Of a stretch of DNA of 64,000 nt, positions 24,490 to 38,002 are shown one piece after another. This stretch comes from Oopsacas minuta (taxonomy: Eukaryota; Animalia; Porifera): the NCBI GenBank assembly GCA_024704765.1, contig JAKMXF010000337.1, forward strand, positions 62,001 to 126,000. The letters run 5' to 3'. Position 1 is the first letter of the stretch; every line of letters begins with the position of its first letter. Made by a program: the position numbers and the translations under genes. The notes beneath the pieces were generated by a model. That model was not told where the DNA came from and ran no database searches. It saw only the letters and a program-made list of their open reading frames with translations.

Positions 24490-24900
24490 AGCTCTGTATA
24501 TTTTAAATAATACTAGGAAAAAAGCTATACTAAATTATTTGAAAGCAGAGATTTCCCGAGATACAGCTGGCGGGGGGGTAGAGAATTTAGTCCAACTCGA
24601 GTGCAGTACGTTGAGTTACTTTAATCCATTGGTTATTTTATCCTCGCTAGAAGAGAATCTAGATAATATAGTGGAAAAATAATTTGACATGAATGGCTAG
24701 GGTTTGTAGCTATAATGCAATAATCTCTTTGTTTGGTGTTATTATTGTGGAAAGATGTTATCACTGGTGTGCTTAGCAAAGCTTTACAGAAAGAGAATCT
24801 TTATTTTTAAGGCCGAGCAATAATTAGCATTTCAGGCTCGAGAATTTATCGAACTGAGAGAAGTTTTGAGAAATTTTGACAAGAGGCTAGCACTTGTGTT
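24490..24900 (+). pseudogene. possible highly decayed hAT transposase fragment
   Basis: Short frames such as GVLSKALQKENL resemble the LSxxLQ region of ZMYM-type hAT transposases; many stops. Confidence 0.3.
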
Positions 24901-25823
24901 AGAAGTAGATGAATAAAATTGGGTCGAAAAAGGCGTGCACCTATTCATTATGCTGAGACTTCATCCAATACATGTTACAGTGGATATTTATGTGGAAATA
25001 GTTATCCCAAGCCATGAATTTATTAGCTCTATATTGAATTCAATGTACTTTCAAACCTAGAAAACAAATTTTCATATAAATTCAAATATTTTCTTTGAAA
25101 GGTTGAGGCAAATATCATGATTTAGAATTTTAGAAATAAATTCTTTCAGTTTGAAAAAATCAATTAACATCAATGATATAAAAATATAGTCATTTTTAGT
25201 TGATTACACTTCTTTTTGAACATTAGAATAGAGATATATGTTGGTCAATGAATATGCGTATGACATTTCCAACGGGACTTCATTATGTTTGCGTAGGCCA
25301 TAGATGTTCAAAGGATCTCAGTCAAGGTCCATATATTCATACAAAAAGGAACAACGGTTCACAACGTATTACTTTCCATGAATTAATCACTTCTATGAAA
25401 CTGAATATATTACTAAATTTCCTAACATAAATTTAATGCTAAAAAGTACATAAAGTCAATAACTATTTACTTCGAATAATAAGTAATGTATAAAATCTGT
25501 GTAAGGTTAAGTCTCTAATTAAATCAAATAGTATATAAAATGAAGTCGGCAAAAAATATCTCGAAGGGTAAATACAAAGACTATACTTGATAGATAGTCA
25601 GAATTTTGAAAGGAGTTTGATGAATCCAATCCGAAGCTTGCGGTCCGAACTAGATTGAAGAAAGGCTTGTATCCGTACCGCCAGTTGGGCACCACTTGCG
25701 TAGACAAATTAAATAAAAATATGGATGTGAATAGGAATAACAATAATTCGTGAAGTCTGCCATATAAAAGGTGGTGGAACAAATAGTTAATTCGTTACAT
25801 TAAATCTCTTTTGATAAATTATA

Positions 25824-27157
25824 TCAGGGGGTTAAATAAGTCTTGTGGGTCATGATATATCTTAGGAAATAGTCAAATAAAATATCTAGCTTCCATATAT
25901 TATAAGCCCATATAGTTAGACTCCATATACTGAAAGTTTCAAGCTTATTCAATACAAATTATGAATTTTTGAGATAATTATGTGTAGTCAATTTATACTT
26001 ACTGTTGAATTTATGGCTTCAAGGATGATAATTACAACCTCAAATGGCGAGCTTAAATAGAGTTTCGCACAATACTCAAGATCCAGCCCGTACAGATCTT
26101 CAGCGAGTTACAGGAGATATTGTGCATGGATTGCCATTTCAGATCTACTGTAGAGCGATGGGCTGCCCGTTTTAGATCTGGTGATGCTGATGTCACAGAT
26201 TTGCCTCGATCTGGAGGGCCGGTATCCGCCACCACTTCAGAGAATATCGCACTCATTGAAAGTATGGTCATGGAAGACAAGTGCATTACTGTCAATCAGT
26301 TAGGACAAAGCATGGAGATTTCATCGGGAGCAATTCATACAATTCTGACGACTGAGCTTGGCTACCGATCGATTTGTGGGAAATGGGTCCCGCATAAGCT
26401 CAGTGAGAATCAAAGGTTGGCACGACTGAATATTGTCAAGAAACTCTTGGAAACTTATGAGAACTGCGATTCTAGACGCCTAACAGAGATTATTACTGGT
26501 GACGAGACGTGAGTGTACTATTCAACACCATATAGCAAGTATAAGAAGCAAGCATGGGTGAGGGGCGACGAACAAGCGGCGAAAATTCCTAGGACCGACT
26601 TCAGAAAACCCAAGATTATGTATACCATCTTCTTCAGTAGTCATGGAATTGTCTTGCAATTACCTTGTGAGAGTGGCAAGGCTGTTACTGCTACTTTCTT
26701 TACAGAGCAAGTGCTTCCAAATTTGACAAAAATATAGAAAAGTACCGCTCGAAAACCGGAACTCGAGGAATGAAGATTTTAATTGATAACGCCAGTTCCC
26801 ATACTGCTAAGCTTACCAAAATTTCTTGGATGTAGGAGGGTTAGAATTACATCCCCATCCACCATACTCACCAAACCTAGCTCCATGTGATTTTTGGCTA
26901 TTCCCCAAGCTTAAAATCTACCTTCAAGGCAAAGGTTTTAACACATTACAAGCACTCGGAACGGGCCTGTATCAGTATTTCAAATCCATCCCCGAAGAAG
27001 AGTTCAGAAATGTGTTTTACAAGTGGGTGGGAAGGTTAAAACTTTGTGTATCTGCAGGAGGGGATTACTTTGGATAAATAATATAGTGAATTAGTGTGTA
27101 TAGTGTTTGTATCATATTCTATGATATCACCCCGCAAGACTTATTGAACGCCCCTAG
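25824..27157 (+). mobile_element. mariner-family transposon (copy C1)
   Basis: Imperfect TIRs (core GTT(A/C)AATAAGTCTTG(T/C)GGG), TA flanks; transposase fragments WVPHKL, TGDET*, IDNASSH, YSPNLAPCDF. Confidence 0.92.
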
Positions 27158-29302
27158 TATATACTATGTATCTGACTCAATCACTACACAAGTTCGAGAC
27201 CGCACGGAGGCGCATAGTATACTTTGCTGACATTTGTATACCAATATCGCCTAAAATTCTAAAATGATGCTATTATAATATTGTTGATTTAATCAAAAGG
27301 TAAAGTAAGTATGAGTAATAAATATAACAAACTTGTTTAGAATCAGTATATGCTCTTATTAGTCTTATTTAGGGGTGTCGGAATTGGAGCGACCTTGGCC
27401 GCCTTGATTTTATGTAAAAAGTGTTAGTTCTATGGACCATTAGTCAGCATAGCTACCATTTATATTACAATGCTAACATGGGTCGCCCAACTTTCCATGG
27501 GCTTAACACTACCTAGCATTATAAATTCATGTAATCTATACATTAATCATCTAACTTATACTTGAAATGTCTACTAAAAATTAAAGAGGAAAGTATGTTA
27601 GATTTCATTCAACACATGTAAAAGACAGATAGAATCTATCCCTACAACTTTGTAAATGCTGATTTCTGTTACAATTCATATTATATATAACGTATTGCAC
27701 TTTTTTCTGACTGTTTGCATGAATATGCTGGAAAATATCTCAAGAAAGCACCATTTAGTAAATTTTCCCAAGATTTACTTTGAATGTGTAGACAAACTAA
27801 TAACTAAATAAAGCGGAGATCTCACTCGCCAATATACATTATCCATAGTAATGTTTAAGTTCCCACAGAGCGACATTTCGAGAGAATGTGTATACATACC
27901 TACAGGAAATTATATACCATCTTGTGGATGATCTTCAGTAATCTGAATTTGGTGAATTGTACACTGAACGTATATGTTCGGGGACGGCAACAATGATTTC
28001 TCTATTAATTTTGTAAAAGAGCGTTTATCGAGGCACCAGACTCTTTTCCCTCATATATCAGAACTATTTAGGCTTCTGTTATCTAGGTCATTTTATAAGT
28101 ACAGATCACCTCACCTCAATATGATTATATACAATGACTGAGCAAAACAAATTTAGAAAGCTTTGAAACACACGACGCTGGACTACTCTGAAAGGCGACA
28201 AGCCATTTCCATTCTGGTAAACAAGCTGCTGGTATGAGGCAAATAGTTCTCCAATCCTTTGGAAATTATGTACCTTAATACCTCGAAAACAGCCCCTTGA
28301 TGCTCGTAAAACTAATAACTGCTCACGCTGAATCGTAATTTCCCTTATAAGCAGTCCAAATATTTTCAGTTGAAACCTAACGAACCAAAAGCATAACTTA
28401 CAGGCATACAAATAACAGTAGTTCCTTTAATAAACAAGGGAAGGTAATGTTATTCCCACGAGAATACTCCAGAGGGCTACCATAGGAATAAAGTTATATC
28501 CTATAATTGAATCCTTGCTTCTAGATGCTAATAGGGGAATAGCAAATATCCCTTCTAACTACTCTGGCAAACAAAATAGAGTAACCAATCTAGGTGCGTT
28601 AGTTCAATGTTGCGATTGTTAATAGTCTGATTAGCACTCAATTGACTATAATATTAATTATAACTCAAAATTGCATGTGAAGAAAATGCATCTCCATAAT
28701 ATCAATATGGCACATACAAACATGGGAGGTATATTGAAAGCATGAAAAATTAGAGTCTAGGGTTCCGCAAGCTGCCACAATAGTTTCAAGGGTCCTGAAT
28801 GTAAAATTGGTTGCAAAATGAGAGCTAATTTGAATCTGACGAGAGAAAACTCAAATAAACGTTTGCGGATAAACAATTATTAAAACTGCATATGAAATTT
28901 CAGTTGTAAATACTGCGCCTCCATAATGAATGTTATATTGTATTAATCTAGCTAAACGTCGTGGTATGAGAACAAATTTGAAAGCGATCGAAATGAAATT
29001 AAGTATTCATGGATAGCAGCCTCACTGAATATTTCCAGTAATATCCGGTTTTTACCAACCGAATACAGAATACTGATATTCGGTTGGTAACGGAATAATT
29101 AACAATTCGCGCAATATCTTTCGGTTGAATTGATTATTTCCCTGCAGCCTTGTATTTGACAACATAGTAATTCGCTGATTGCCTCAATTTCATGTATATA
29201 TAGAGGTAAGTGAATATTGAACACAAAATGTAATCATAGTTTCTGAAAAACAAAACAAAACAAAAGAAGTTAGGTCTAATAGGCTAAGAGAAAACTGATG
29301 CT

Positions 29303-29642
29303 TCAATAGGGAAAATTCATTCTACGTTTTTTATTCATTTCATTATTTCCATGTGCAGTATTCGGACGCTTTTTACTCACAACTGCCTCCCTTCTATCTT
29401 CTTCAGCCTCGTTATCACGGGCTTTATCCTCTCTTCTTGCTTGCTCTTCCAGATCTGACCAGTCTTTTCCACTTGACTCATCAGAGCCAGTAAATTGTTC
29501 TGAACCTGATTCGCTCTCTTGAGATGTATATTCTTCAGAGTTTGAACTATCAACATCATTTTGAGCAGTAGGGCTTAAATCACTTTCTGATGGATTGTAC
29601 TCCTCAGAGTTATCATCTGAATCAGTTGCACCATCACTATTA
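29303..29642 (-). CDS. SUPT16H: terminal coding exon of a FACT subunit SPT16 homologue (orphan; absent from the ORF track)
   Basis: TTTTAG acceptor at 29643, then 112 open codons: NSDGATDSDDNSEEYNPSESD...GSDESSGKDWSDLEEQARREDK...KKRRMNFPY*. Matches the acidic SPT16 tail with the SGKDWxELEEEAR motif and a basic C-terminus. Confidence 0.75.
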
Positions 29643-30074
29643 CTAAAATATAGAATGATAAAACAACTAAACTTTAGGCAACATGAACTTTCAGAATATT
29701 AATAACAAAAGCAAGCTTCGTATACTAGAGCTGCGGATCACAAATACTTTCTGACAGTGGGTGGCTCATATGGTGCACCTCCTGTACTCTCATTGACTCA
29801 ATATTTAGTATAGGGCAGATCCATGTAAAGTCATCAGGGCATTTCACAAACATCAACCGATTCGCCTAATTGGTAAGTTGCAAGCCTCAACCCAACGATA
29901 AGATATGTGCTATACTTAAATTGTTCCTAAAGTGATTATGGAATTATGACGGGGAAAAAATTAACTGAAGCCATTTGATAACCTCACAAATTGATTAGCT
30001 CATCTAGAATCTGCTTATCCCCTTAAAAATGCAATCATCTTATATTTTGTTCCACATAGTTAGGCAGATATTAA

Positions 30075-32100
30075 GGTGTGAAGGACACCTGAACTATGAC
30101 ACAGCACTGGGGCAAAGTTTGGGGTTAAAGTGTTTCCACTTTGGTACTCGTGTCATTAACTGTATAGAAAATTTTATCCGATTTCCATACATTCCCTCTA
30201 GTTTTCCTAAAATTTTCCAATTTCCTTAATGTTAGAAAATTCCCCAACCGTTATCGGATCATTGATTCCAGAGAAGTGCAATTTTTTTGAATATACATAC
30301 TGATCACAATGAAAGACAATACTTGAATAGTTAATTATGCCAAAGGATATCATCAATTCAACATTAGTTGTACTACAGTTGCAAATACACAACTATGTTC
30401 TACCATAGGCAGTTGTTCATTTAGCAGTTATATTATATCACTTTAGTGTTACAAAGTTATAGAAGTATACAATTCTGATTATCTCAAACATAAATTCTAC
30501 GCCCCAATATGTTGGGCCGATGCTATCCTATCTAAAATGTGGACAAGGCACTGCGAAATGACGTAATATATACATATTGGCAATTCTATTTGTTTAGCTG
30601 ATATCTAAATTGTAAACATTGACCCAAATGAATGCTTTGTTGATATTTGTACTTGTACAACCCAAAAACCAAGTTACAATGTTTCTAGGTATAAATAATG
30701 TGATATGATCACGAATTAAGAACTTTATTCCTGAAAATACGACTAAGTTTTACGATTTGTTCAAGTTCAATTATGTCAATTTCGCTTCCAGAATTATGAC
30801 TAAATTGTCAGTAACGTAGAAATATTTCAATAAATAAAATTGTCACATTTCTGCAAAAACCATCTATAACTAGGCAACCTGTTACTAATTGGCCAAAAAT
30901 GCTCCCAATCTTTAGTATATACCGGAATTCGAATATTTAAAAGTACATCTCAATATGCTATTCCTTATTATTATGACGTAATCTCGAATATTACAATGTG
31001 GGGGTATAGGCTAGATTAAGTAATAACTATCTGAGATTGGACTTTAAAAAGTATTACAAGGGTATGAGGAGTCGGGTATATACAATAAATTGACAGCAAT
31101 ATTTGGCTAATAATTTACAGGTTGAAAAGTCATAGATGAATATTCGCAGAAATGTACCATCCATGGTTACTACAATACCTCGGGAATGTGACAACTACAT
31201 AATTGAATGTTCTTGTGATAAATTCTTTTCAGACAATTAAATTATAATTCTGGAATCGAAATTGACAAAATTAAACTTTAACAAAGCGTCAAAGTATTTC
31301 GGGAAGAAGGTGATTATTTCATAATCATATGACGTTATTTCTACCTGTAAAATGGCTGTTGAAGAGGAATTTGGGCAGCAAAACATAGTACAAAACATTA
31401 ATCCGTGTCAACGTGTATTTTTATGAGATCTTAAAAACTAATTGAACTCTCAATATGCATATATTACATAAAATTGCAATCCCTGGTCCCAATTTTAGAA
31501 AGAGTGCCATCACCAACAGCGTAGATCCATTAACAAAAGTGGGGGGGGGACCAATTATATAATCTGGTAACTAAGTGTAACAATCAGTGCGAATTACAAT
31601 AAATAATCCTAGAATCTTCAAAAGCGGTGCGGGGATATGACCTACGTGTTACCACTGGGATTTATGCCCGTGGCCAACGTCATGGAAAGTAGAATACTAT
31701 ACTATAGATAATTCAGGAATACTAAAATTTTATAATTTCACTAAATTAAAGTGAAACATCATAACTGCTAAATTGCTCATACATACTATGCTAGAAAATT
31801 GTTGAGCATTTGTAAGAGCAATAACGACTAATGCTAAATTGATGATATTAATTTGGTATATTAAACTATTTAGTATTTGATTGATGTTCAATTGTGATCA
31901 GTATGTATATTTGAAGATATTTACCTTTCTCTGGATTAAATAACGAGACAACGGATAAGGGTTTCCAACATTTGGGAAAATAGGAAAGTTTTTACAAATT
32001 GTAAAAATTGTAAAACGAGAAACAAAGTAAACACTGTTAAAAATTAGATTCCTAAACTTTCCCGATTCTTATTTCATAGTCCCTGTTTCACTTCAAACCC
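30075..32100. mobile_element. ancient element bounded by long, diverged inverted repeats
   Basis: About 30075-30400 is the diverged reverse complement of about 31830-32100 (shared ATTGTGATCAGTATGTATATT, CTAATG.T.AATTGATGATAT, ACTATGA..AAAGTTT.GG); the left end follows TTAA. Confidence 0.45.
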
Positions 32101-32999
32101 TAGCTTTTGTTCCAATTATGTGCAACAAAACATAAGACATTTGGGTTTTTGCGGAGATAGGCGGATTTTATATGCTCCAATCTATCTTTATGGAGAATTT
32201 CACTTCAATCGTGCATCACCAATTGATGCTGGTGAAATGGCTGGATGACTGGACATGGAACTCCCCTATATACGTTACAGCAAATCATGAAATTGCCCAC
32301 TTTAGGAATTGTGCTATCATTTTGCGTAATCCAAGAATAGGGAATCAACTTGTCCATTTCATGAAATGGTTAATAGAAGTATTTAATTGAAGAAATGAGC
32401 AAATGTGGTGATAGATTTTATGTAATTGACACATATGTTGTATAATTGGGGAATGCTATATATCTTCCCATTTATATGATTATAATTTACTTTTGTAATA
32501 CCCATATCCTTTAGTTTAATTAGTTATAATATAGAGAAAACATAGGAAATTAGCAGACAATGTTGCAATATTGTCTGCAATTGCTATACACTCATTAATA
32601 CAGATGTGACGAGAACTTTTCGAGGTGCAGACATAATACATCAAAGTCCATGTCAAGACCAATACTTTATGATTGATCACCTTTACTAGAATTGAATCGT
32701 GAGGTAATTACACTAACATTATTACTTATACAAAGTGGACGAAAAAAAGAGCATTGGGTAAGATAACTTTCTTTGCTTGTTTTCGATACTGAATCGTGGG
32801 TTATTAGTAACAATATAGTGCTATCCTCAAAATGGGATTTATTGTCACAGCACCTATATTGCCAGTATATCCATTAGTTGAACTAGTTTCTTCTGGAAGA
32901 TTGAAATGCAAATCCTCTCCGATTTGATTATCAATATCTTCTCCCAATACACCAGTCGATATGTCATAATATGTTGGTAAAATGCTTTCAATCCACATC

Positions 33000-33420
33000 A
33001 TGGCTTGTTTCTAGTAAGTCTCGTATGAGGCTGCATTATATATTTTACATGATATGAAGTGTTCATTCAGCATTGCACAATACGAATCCCGTAACTTCAT
33101 TTGGAAGAATAGTTATCTCGCATCCAGGGGAATTTATTTTTCATATCACTATTGCTCCTTTCAACTGCCCTTGGCATTTGTGATGACGAGGGCGCCCATT
33201 CACTAGGACAAGTTGACAAAACGTTTAATACATTCATATACTAGATTACCACGATGTTGGCGTATTATCTTTGATTTTTTGTAAGCTCTCTTTAGCATTC
33301 ATGACTTGTAATATGTATCCAAATATGATATTAACTGCTTCTTCACTGATTGCCATCTACTTTCCATTAATACGTTTAGTTTCATTCTAAGGAAAACAAA
33401 TTCAGAATATTGTAATCATT
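33000..33420 (-). pseudogene. decayed KRBA2/SCAND3-type (Ginger2-like) integrase fragment
   Basis: Frameshifted motifs LVNGRPRHH..(G)AVERSN..WMRDN..MNTSYH. Confidence 0.5.
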
Positions 33421-33893
33421 TTTGAAAGGGAGCTTGCTGTATTACCACATCTCGGAAGAGATATTACTTAATCTTGATAGTACTGTCACATAAAGTAGGA
33501 CAATCCAGTACAATCCTGGATAACTATCACTACATGTTAAAGTTATAATTAATTAAATTGATCATATTGATAATCACTTGTGATTAAAAGGATTCTCAGA
33601 TGAACTAGGTGTTAATTCCATTCAATTAGTTGTAAATACTTCCGAGACTGTATATTTATGACCATCGGGCATATAGAAAACTGTATCAATTTGAGATTAC
33701 AAAACATTGAAACTCAAGTCAGAATGGTGATAGGGTGGAGTAAGTATGGGAACTAAATCGAGTGTAGCCTCAGGCCAAAGCACATATTCTCTGTAGAATA
33801 TTTTTATGTGCAAGAATACCTAGCCTACTTGTTGACTAAGTATCTCCACTTACATTAATTACAAGCCCCACTAGGGTTCTTGAGTGTGCATTA

Positions 33894-33940
33894 CGAGGGT
33901 TACTCAATAACCTTTGAGCTAAGTATCAAAGGCATCAATC
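33894..33940 (+). mobile_element. isolated mariner terminus
   Basis: TA-CGAGGGTTACTCAATAACCTTTGAGCTAAGTATCAAAGGCATCAA closely matches the right TIR of the mariner at 47178-48483; cut off by the next element at a TA. Confidence 0.65.
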
Positions 33941-33942
33941 TA

Positions 33943-34757
33943 CAGGGTGCATCAAAAGTTCTGCAACAAAATTGATTACAATATTTCATATTAACCCTTA
34001 AATGATTCTTCTAAACTAAGCATCCTTTTGAATTATCTATATATACACTTAAGTAATAATGGTTACTTAGATTGATACTAGTGTCATGTCAACTAAAATG
34101 ATGCTTGAACAAAGGAGAGTTGCGGTTATTGAATTATTTCTCAGTGGTGTTGAGCAAAACCAAATTTTCAAAACTCTTGATCCAAAGAAATTCGGCAGAT
34201 CCTTTATCTGGCGTACCTTAAAACGCTTCAGGGAGACGGGCAATATTATAGATAAGCGAAGATCTGGTCGTCCGCGCCCTATTTGTACAGCTGTGAACAA
34301 GAAGAAAGTTCGCCAGCTATTGACTCGTCATCCGACCCTTTCCCATCGAAAAATCGCTGCCCGGGTCAAGATTTCTAATGCATCGACTCGGCGAATTGTT
34401 ACTAAAGTCCTGGGATATAAGTCCTTCAAGAGAACTAAGACTGAGTCTCTAACTGATACAGTTATTCACAAGAGGGTACAAAGATGTCGTAAGCTTCTTA
34501 CCTGGCTCAAATCTGTCAACCCTAAGAGAATTGCGTTTTCAGATGAGAAGATTTTCAGTATTGATGAAAAATACAACTCGAAAAATTCGTGTATTTATTC
34601 AATATCATGGAAGGATATACCTAAACAGTTCAGAACAGTTCAGGAGAGTCAATATTCTAAATCTGTCATGGTTTGGGCAGGTATATCTTCAATTGGCAAA
34701 ACCCCCTTAGTTTTCGTCCCAGAAGGAACGAAAATCAATGCAAAAGCTTATCAAGTG
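33943..34757 (+). mobile_element. 3'-truncated maT/ITmD37D-like transposon
   Basis: TA-CAGGGTGCATCAAAAGTT left end. ORF from 34086 has RSGRPR, FSDEKIF..YNSKN, VMVWAGIS..GKTPLVFV..GTKIN, then runs into satellite sequence. Confidence 0.78.
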
Positions 34758-35565
34758 TACTTTCAAAATTCTATGTGTGGAATTATGGAACTGATTGAGA
34801 ATTATACACAAAGTTCAGCTAATCATTTATTATCTGTTACTAATCGAATTGAGTGGAATGTTATGTTTTGAACGATATATTAAAGCATATGTGGTGACAT
34901 TTGAAATTCAGTGCTAGTACTTTGTATAGTGTACTTTCAAAATTCTATGTGCGGAATTATGAAACTGATTGAGAATTCTATACATAGTTCAGCTAATCAA
35001 TTATTATCTGTTACTAATCGAATTGAGTGGAATGTCATGTTTTGAACTACGATAATGTTCCACACACAACATTTCAATACATATCCAACAGAACAAATTG
35101 TAAATGCACTACTGAACTATACACAAATTTTAAAGTCAATTTCCGCTTTCCATGAACCTAATCATGAAACTACAATATATTCACTATTCTCACTCTAATA
35201 CAATTCACCGACCATAGTAACTGCGATTATGTTCCACATACTTAATTTCAAAACATATCATCAGAACAAATTGTAAATGAAATACTGAGCTATACAAACA
35301 TTTTAAAGTCAATTTCCATTTTCCATGGACAGCAATGTGAGTCTGTACAATATAGTCTATTGTCACACAATTTAGTACCCACGATATTGTTCCACTCACA
35401 GCTTTCAATACATATCAAACAAAACAAATTGTAAGTGGAATACTAAACTATACAAACATTTCAAAGTCAATTTCCTATTTCCATACACAGACTCATAAAA
35501 CTACCTTATGTACACTATTGTTACTCAATACCAATTCACAGAACATAGCAACTATGATGGTACCA
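34756..35565. repeat. degenerate satellite-like array (unit about 160-175 bp), part 1
   Basis: Core CTGAACTATACAAACATTTCAAAGTCAATTTC near 35112, 35284 and 35441; plus a roughly 117-bp direct duplication (34756-34872 / 34929-35046). Confidence 0.7.
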
Positions 35566-36656
35566 CTATAGAATCCGACACCCCCTATTTTTCGAATGTA
35601 GTCAACAATCGCTATATGCACCGTTGAAGAACTCGTTAAGAGAAGTTGATAGAGCTTTCGAACTCAAAATCGGATAAAAACTGACGAAGTTACGAAAATC
35701 TCCTAAATAAGCCAAATTCTATGGAGAAATTGTATTAGCCACTATACTGAAATAATGCTGATGAATTCTATACAGCTACCATAGGAGTGCATATATAATC
35801 AATCTTGCGGTTATCAACGCTTGCGTCAGTTGATTGATTCTTTTATGAATTTATTAGTTTGCGTAATTTGTAGTTATTAGTATTAAGAACGGTCAATTTA
35901 AACCTGGTGTGGCCTGGTTCCCAAAGGGGCGAAAACCTGGTCACACCGTATATCTCGAAAACTATAATTCGCATCGCTTAGCTTTAAAAAGGACAACGAT
36001 AGTTCTTGGCCTTATCTAGCCAAAAGACATCACTTGGACCACATCCAGCTATCCTAACAATAGGTGTTATGCACTATTAATGTTGCCAAATAATCATCAA
36101 GTACATTTCAAAGATATCTTGACTAGGATTCATTTGTTGCTTGGAAAAACACATCTTGAACTAAGATGAATGATAAAGATATTTCAGTCTCGCCAAATTT
36201 ACCCTGTTGGTGATACATATTAGTTGTTTAGTATATCTGTACGTGCGGCTTCTTTAGAGATTAGTTACTAGCCTCACAGTCCCCATTACAGCTATACAGT
36301 AAGTTTCTGGATACAAAGTGGCGTACATGCTACCATGGGCGTATTCCCAGGGGGACGGAGGAGGAAGTGTCCCCCACTTTTGAATAATTTGTGATGAAGT
36401 ACGGATTTTGCGATCATTTTCATACTAAATCACAAGATTTTACAATTCGCTCCATAATTTATGGATCTATGCCCTTGTTTGCCAGCGCCATCCCTCGGCC
36501 ATGTTCCAAATTAACATATTTTGCTCATAATTTACATATTCTTTGCTAAAGTTCGTGTGGTTATAATGTAGTTTGTTCAAATTGGGCTCTAGCACTGATT
36601 CCCAATATATTTTCAGATTGGCTAAAGGAAATCCATAGGAAATACGTGCATTGTTA

Positions 36657-36731
36657 AGCCCACAATACACGATGCAACTTGATTGATTGCAACAGTTTTA
36701 TGCAACAAAATTGCATCGTGTATGGTGGGCT
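36657..36731. mobile_element. 75-bp Tourist/Harbinger-like MITE
   Basis: 21-bp TIR AGCCCAC(A/C)ATACACGATGCAA; TTA duplication at 36654-36656 and 36732-36734. Confidence 0.8.
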
Positions 36732-37081
36732 TTAGGTTATATTATACCTGTGTATGATTTGACTGATATTCCCAACAATTCAATGATCATAGTATATGAA
36801 TTGAATATATGTACTACTCGTCGTATAGTTAATCGTTGATAGTAACTTGATACCACTATGATTTTCTATCACTAATGAAAATCTATAATTCCTTTGAACA
36901 AATTATACTCAAATTACACTGTGTAATAAAATGTTGACCACAAACAACCACATAATCTAAGCTTTAATTGTGTTGCTTAAGTAAAAAGCACTCCAAAAAT
37001 GTGAATGGGTTGTAATGTATGTCAGTATATAAAGACCATTCGTACATTATTTTGTAATATACTACTATCATTCAAACCACA

Positions 37082-38002
37082 ATGGACCACACAATATTAC
37101 TCGAACCCTTGATTATTCTTGACATTTCAGCAAGTTTTTTACTGTCTGATCTCTTTCAGTTGTCTTCTTCTCTGGAAAATACTATAGATTGGCTTAAGCA
37201 TTATGGCTTGTTACCACGAGGAGTCCAGTGCAGATGCGGCTCAATAATGTATGTAGGTACATTTACCGATTCTAAGGACAATAAGAAATGGAGATGTAGA
37301 GCTTGTAAGACAACCTGTTCACTTCGTTATGAGTCTTTCTTCAGGGGTTCAAAACTATCTCTCCCTCACTAAGGCAGTTCTTGTATTTTTGGAGTGAAGA
37401 TATACAGTCACACGCATTTCTTGAGAAACAAATGCAATGGCCTCCGAATACTGTTGTGGACTGGAAGAATTTTATGAGAGATGTTTGTATTGAGGATCTA
37501 ATAATAAATCAGGAGCCAATAGGCGGGCCCGGTACAGTGGTGGAGATTGATGAATCGAAATTTGGGAGACGAAAATATAACCGTGGTAGAATACCACTGG
37601 TCAATGGGTTTTCCGTTTATATGAGCAAAGTACTGATAACGTACTGATGACTCCAGTTCCCGATCGCTCAGATGCAACCCTACTTCCCATCATTCAGCGA
37701 TATGTATTACTGGAACTACCATCCAGTTAGACGAATGGGCTGCTTATAATGTTGTCCCAGCTGGCTACGATCATCACACTGTGAACCATTCTGAGAATTT
37801 TGTGGATCCAATTGACGATACCCATACACAAAGGATAGAAAACGCTTGGAGTGTGGTCAAGAAAAGGCAAAGAAGAGGCCAAACAACAAATCCTGAATTG
37901 CTAGAATCCGACCTTATCGAGTCTTGTTGGAGAAGAAAGAATAAAGGAAACATCCTAAACAGCATCGCCAAGTGCATTAGAGAATTATATCCTGTTGTGT
38001 AA
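37082..38002 (+). pseudogene. Merlin (IS1595/ISXO2-like) transposase pseudogene
   Basis: CRCG..WRCRAC Zn ribbon, SFFRGSKL, GGPGTVVEIDESKFGRRKYNRGR, LDEWAAY, VNHSENFVDP..HTQRIENAW; stop at 37370-37372 and a frameshift near 37595. Confidence 0.9.

Noticed and set aside
29052-29090. 14-bp perfect hairpin
   Set aside because: Resembles CCGAATA subterminal repeats of decayed DNA transposons; no evidence of function.
31514-31672. Possible hAT-like MITE with a G-run
   Set aside because: TIR match is weak and there is no TSD.
36334-36477. Possible hAT-like MITE (CATGGGCGTA...TATGCCCTTG)
   Set aside because: The 8-bp flanks do not match.
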